Assembly (NCBI GenBank): GCA_963977015.1
Contig: CAXBMO010000001.1
Coordinates: forward strand, 288,001 to 352,000
Reading direction: 5' to 3'
Length of the DNA stretch: 64,000 nt
Source: an uncultured bacterium
Lineage (GTDB): Bacteria > Verrucomicrobiota > Verrucomicrobiia > Verrucomicrobiales > DEV007
The translations under genes were made by a program, and so were the position numbers. Shown here in pieces: positions 61,618-64,000 of this stretch (within the stretch, counting starts at the first letter, position 1; every line of letters begins with the position of its first letter). The notes beneath the pieces were generated by a model. It made no database searches, was not told the origin of the DNA, and saw only the letters and a program-made list of their open reading frames with translations.

Positions 61618-61815
61618 ATGAACCTCAACGATTCCAACCCAGAAGCCCAGGACCTCATCAATGCGGTCGACCGTGAACTCACGGAACCGATTGCCAGTGA
61701 AGAGGAACTTCGTGACTTGGCCGAGGATATTGTCCGTTATTGCCCTAGCTTGACTCACCTCTTGCTGGCATTGGGCTCAAAGAACAAGGCCAATCCGTTA
61801 CACGGGATGAACTAA
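61618..61815 (+). CDS. Small acidic hypothetical protein (65 aa)
   Basis: ATG-started ORF that follows the RHH-like gene and precedes hairpins and a terminator. Confidence 0.5.
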   Translation: MNLNDSNPEAQDLINAVDRELTEPIASEEELRDLAEDIVRYCPSLTHLLLALGSKNKANPLHGMN

Positions 61816-61926
61816 GTTGAACGCACGACAGTCTCCGAGAGACTCGTCAGTGCCAATTGTTTGAAAGGTTTGGGGGGCTAGAGCCCCCTGGATTTTTCCC
61901 CTAAGCCTGAATGATATCAGGCTGTC

Positions 61927-61963
61927 AAAAAAGCCGATCGCTCCAAGAGCAATCGGCTTTTTT
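61927..61963. terminator. Bidirectional intrinsic terminator
   Basis: AAAAAAGCCGATCGCTC-CAA-GAGCAATCGGCTTTTTT between convergent genes. Confidence 0.85.
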
Positions 61964-62000
61964 GTGTTTAGGTTTTCGGTTGGTAATAAGGCACCCAGTT

Positions 62001-63437
62001 TTAGCCCAAGCTTGACGCCAATTCTTTAATGGGCTTCCCGAATGGCAGGATCTGCATCGGAAGGCCGTCCAAGTTCTTCAAATAGTGATTGTAATCGATT
62101 CCGAGGTGTTGATAGACCGTCGCCCAGAGGTCGTTTGGGGTCATTACTCGTTCGATGGGGTGTTCCCCTTTTGCGTTTGTCGCACCGATCACCTGACCCA
62201 TGGGAGCGCCGCCACCGGAGACGAGAACCGACATCGCTTTTGGCCAGTGATCCCGTCCTGGCTGAACAACCCCTGATTTATTGCCGCGCTGAGCGTTGAT
62301 CTTCGGGGTATGGCCAAAGTCGCTTCCCACCACGATCATGACTTTTTTGTCCAAGCCACGATCGTAGACGTCCTCGATCAGGGCCGTGAGAGCCTGGTCA
62401 TAGCTCGGCATCCTCCATTTGCAGTCCTCAAAGATGTGGCAATTCACGGCGTGGGAATCCCAATTGTAAGCGCAATTTTTGGGGATCTTGGCATGGGGCC
62501 GCTCCCAAACGACGGTGACAAACCGGCTTCCAGCTTCGACCAACCGCCGCGCCATGAGACCTCGTTGACCGTAAGGGTGGTTCCCGTAGCGTTCCCGAGT
62601 CCGGTCAGATTCCTGACTCAGGTCGAATGCATCGCGAACCGCGTCGCTCATCAGCATCTCCATGGCTTGGTGATTGAACGAATCCATGGCGTCCATCGCC
62701 CCGCTTTTGTCGAGATCGCGACGGAATTTGTCCATCCCTTGCAGCATGGCGAGTCGATCGTCGATTCGGTCGGCCATCTCTTCCTTCACGCCAATGCTTT
62801 GGACCTTGAAATCCGGCAGACTTGGATCGCCACCGACCATGAAAGGCGTGTTGGCCGCGCCAAGGTAGGCTGGTCCCATCGCAAAGGTGTCGATTCCGGT
62901 TCTGCCAGAGTCCGCCGCCGCAACACAAGTCGGAAGGCCGTGTGGGGTTGAGCCCCCCAACATTTTTTTCACCACGCTGGAAACTGCCGGGGCGTCATTG
63001 ACCGTTCCGGTCGGTGTTTTGGGGCGGCGCCCGGTCATCATTCGCTTATGTGCTCCTCCGTGGTCGGAGAATTCGTGATGGATCGAGCGAATGATGGAAA
63101 ACTTGTCGGCAATTTTGGCATGTCTTGGCAGAAGCTCGCAAACTTCGATGCCCGGGACATTGGTTCGAATCGGCCGAAACTCGCCGCGATATTCCATCGG
63201 GGCGTCCGGTTTCATGTCATAGGTCTCCATGTGGGGCATGCCGCCGGGAAGCCACACGAAGATCACGGAGGTGTCGTCTTTCGAATTCGCGGACGTGCCC
63301 TGGGAGGCCGCGCTTGCCTGGAACCGCAGAAAATCGCTGAGTCCGAGCCCGGCCATGCTCAATCCGCCAACTTCCAGAAAGCTGCGGCGCCGAATGGGGC
63401 CGGAACAAGAGGATTTGGCTTCGGATTTGTTGCTCAT
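62001..63437 (-). CDS. DUF1501 family protein (Tat-like RR signal)
   Basis: 'RRSFL', 'WLPGGMPHMETYDMKP', 'ARRLVEAGSRFV', 'WDSH' and 'GRDHWP'. Confidence 0.92.
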   Translation of the reverse strand: MSNKSEAKSSCSGPIRRRSFLEVGGLSMAGLGLSDFLRFQASAASQGTSANSKDDTSVIFVWLPGGMPHMETYDMKPDAPMEYRGEFRPIRTNVPGIEVCELLPRHAKIADKFSIIRSIHHEFSDHGGAHKRMMTGRRPKTPTGTVNDAPAVSSVVKKMLGGSTPHGLPTCVAAADSGRTGIDTFAMGPAYLGAANTPFMVGGDPSLPDFKVQSIGVKEEMADRIDDRLAMLQGMDKFRRDLDKSGAMDAMDSFNHQAMEMLMSDAVRDAFDLSQESDRTRERYGNHPYGQRGLMARRLVEAGSRFVTVVWERPHAKIPKNCAYNWDSHAVNCHIFEDCKWRMPSYDQALTALIEDVYDRGLDKKVMIVVGSDFGHTPKINAQRGNKSGVVQPGRDHWPKAMSVLVSGGGAPMGQVIGATNAKGEHPIERVMTPNDLWATVYQHLGIDYNHYLKNLDGLPMQILPFGKPIKELASSLG

Positions 63438-63569
63438 AACATGGTGTGTCGATCTCCAACACGCGTAGGGAGAAGTGGATTTGTCACTTTCATCGGAAAG
63501 TGTTGAGGGATTGAGTTTTTGAAGATTCTACGGGGAGCCTTCGGCGGTGATATTTCGGTCGCATGCTTC

Positions 63570-63597
63570 TTGACAAGAGGCTTGAACGCTCTAGTTT
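63570..63597 (+). promoter_or_regulatory. Sigma70-like promoter of rpsT
   Basis: TTGACA-N16-TAGTTT. Confidence 0.6.
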
Positions 63598-63624
63598 CCC
63601 GACCCACCAAAATCGAAGCATCTT

Positions 63625-63888
63625 ATGCCGAATATTAAGTCAGCCGAAAAACGCGTCCGCCAGACCAAGGCACGCACCTTGCGTAACCGCTCCGTCAAAA
63701 CGCGTGTGAAGACCTTCCGCAAAAAGGTTCAGAACGCGGTTGAAGAGGGCACCAAGGACGAAGCAGAAGCTCAACTGAAGTTGTTCTTTCAGTCCGTAGA
63801 CAAGGCTGCCAAGCAAAACGTGATTCACAAGAACGCAGCGGCCCGCTACAAGAGCGCGATGAGCAAGCTGGTTGGCGCGAAAAGCTAA
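63625..63888 (+). CDS. rpsT: 30S ribosomal protein S20
   Basis: 'MPNIKSAEKRVRQ...RN' and 'DKAAK..VIHKNAAARYKS'. Confidence 0.97.
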   Translation: MPNIKSAEKRVRQTKARTLRNRSVKTRVKTFRKKVQNAVEEGTKDEAEAQLKLFFQSVDKAAKQNVIHKNAAARYKSAMSKLVGAKS

Positions 63889-63939
63889 ACCGGCAGCGAA
63901 GGTTTTCTCGATCGAGAGTTTTCCTTTCAATCAATTTTC

Positions 63940-63968
63940 AAAAGGCTCAGCAAACGCTGAGCCTTTTT
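63940..63968. terminator. Intrinsic terminator after rpsT (bidirectional form)
   Basis: AAAAGGCTCAGC-AAAC-GCTGAGCCTTTTT. Confidence 0.85.
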
Positions 63969-64000
63969 ATTGTGGCCAAGAGTAGTTTGAGTGAACCCGT

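Overview
This is a 64-kb, densely coding bacterial chromosomal segment, almost certainly from the PVC superphylum and most likely Verrucomicrobiota. The taxonomy is inferred from the PVC 'small basic protein', several DUF1501 and DUF1549/DUF1553 genes, a PEP-CTERM/exosortase pair, a sulfatase and ASPIC/UnbV and YHYH proteins. Housekeeping content: a complete atpBEFHAGDC operon, nth, mnmA, an RluB-type pseudouridine synthase, hisD, msrA, msrB, asnS, rpsT, oppABC, a GldA/F/G-like ABC system and a divergent NamZ/NagZ pair. I found no rRNA, tRNA or CRISPR array. The most notable items are: (1) a ~1-kb element (51016-52016) bounded by 46-bp inverted repeats with REP-like hairpins; it encodes a tandem two-domain Y1/HUH transposase-like protein whose first domain keeps only the catalytic Tyr helix and whose second keeps only the HUH motif, is interrupted by one amber codon, and sits beside a truncated TIR-domain gene inside a DUF1549/DUF1553-DUF1501 cluster; (2) a ferritin-like DUF455 plus ATP-grasp fusion; (3) a dedicated exosortase operon with its VIT-vWA PEP-CTERM substrate; (4) a perfect Rex/CRP-type palindrome upstream of the atp operon; (5) a tandem gene duplication with a perfectly identical internal tract; (6) recurrent 16-bp-spacer promoters, several of them apparently leaderless. 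All family calls are by motif recognition only; no searches were run.
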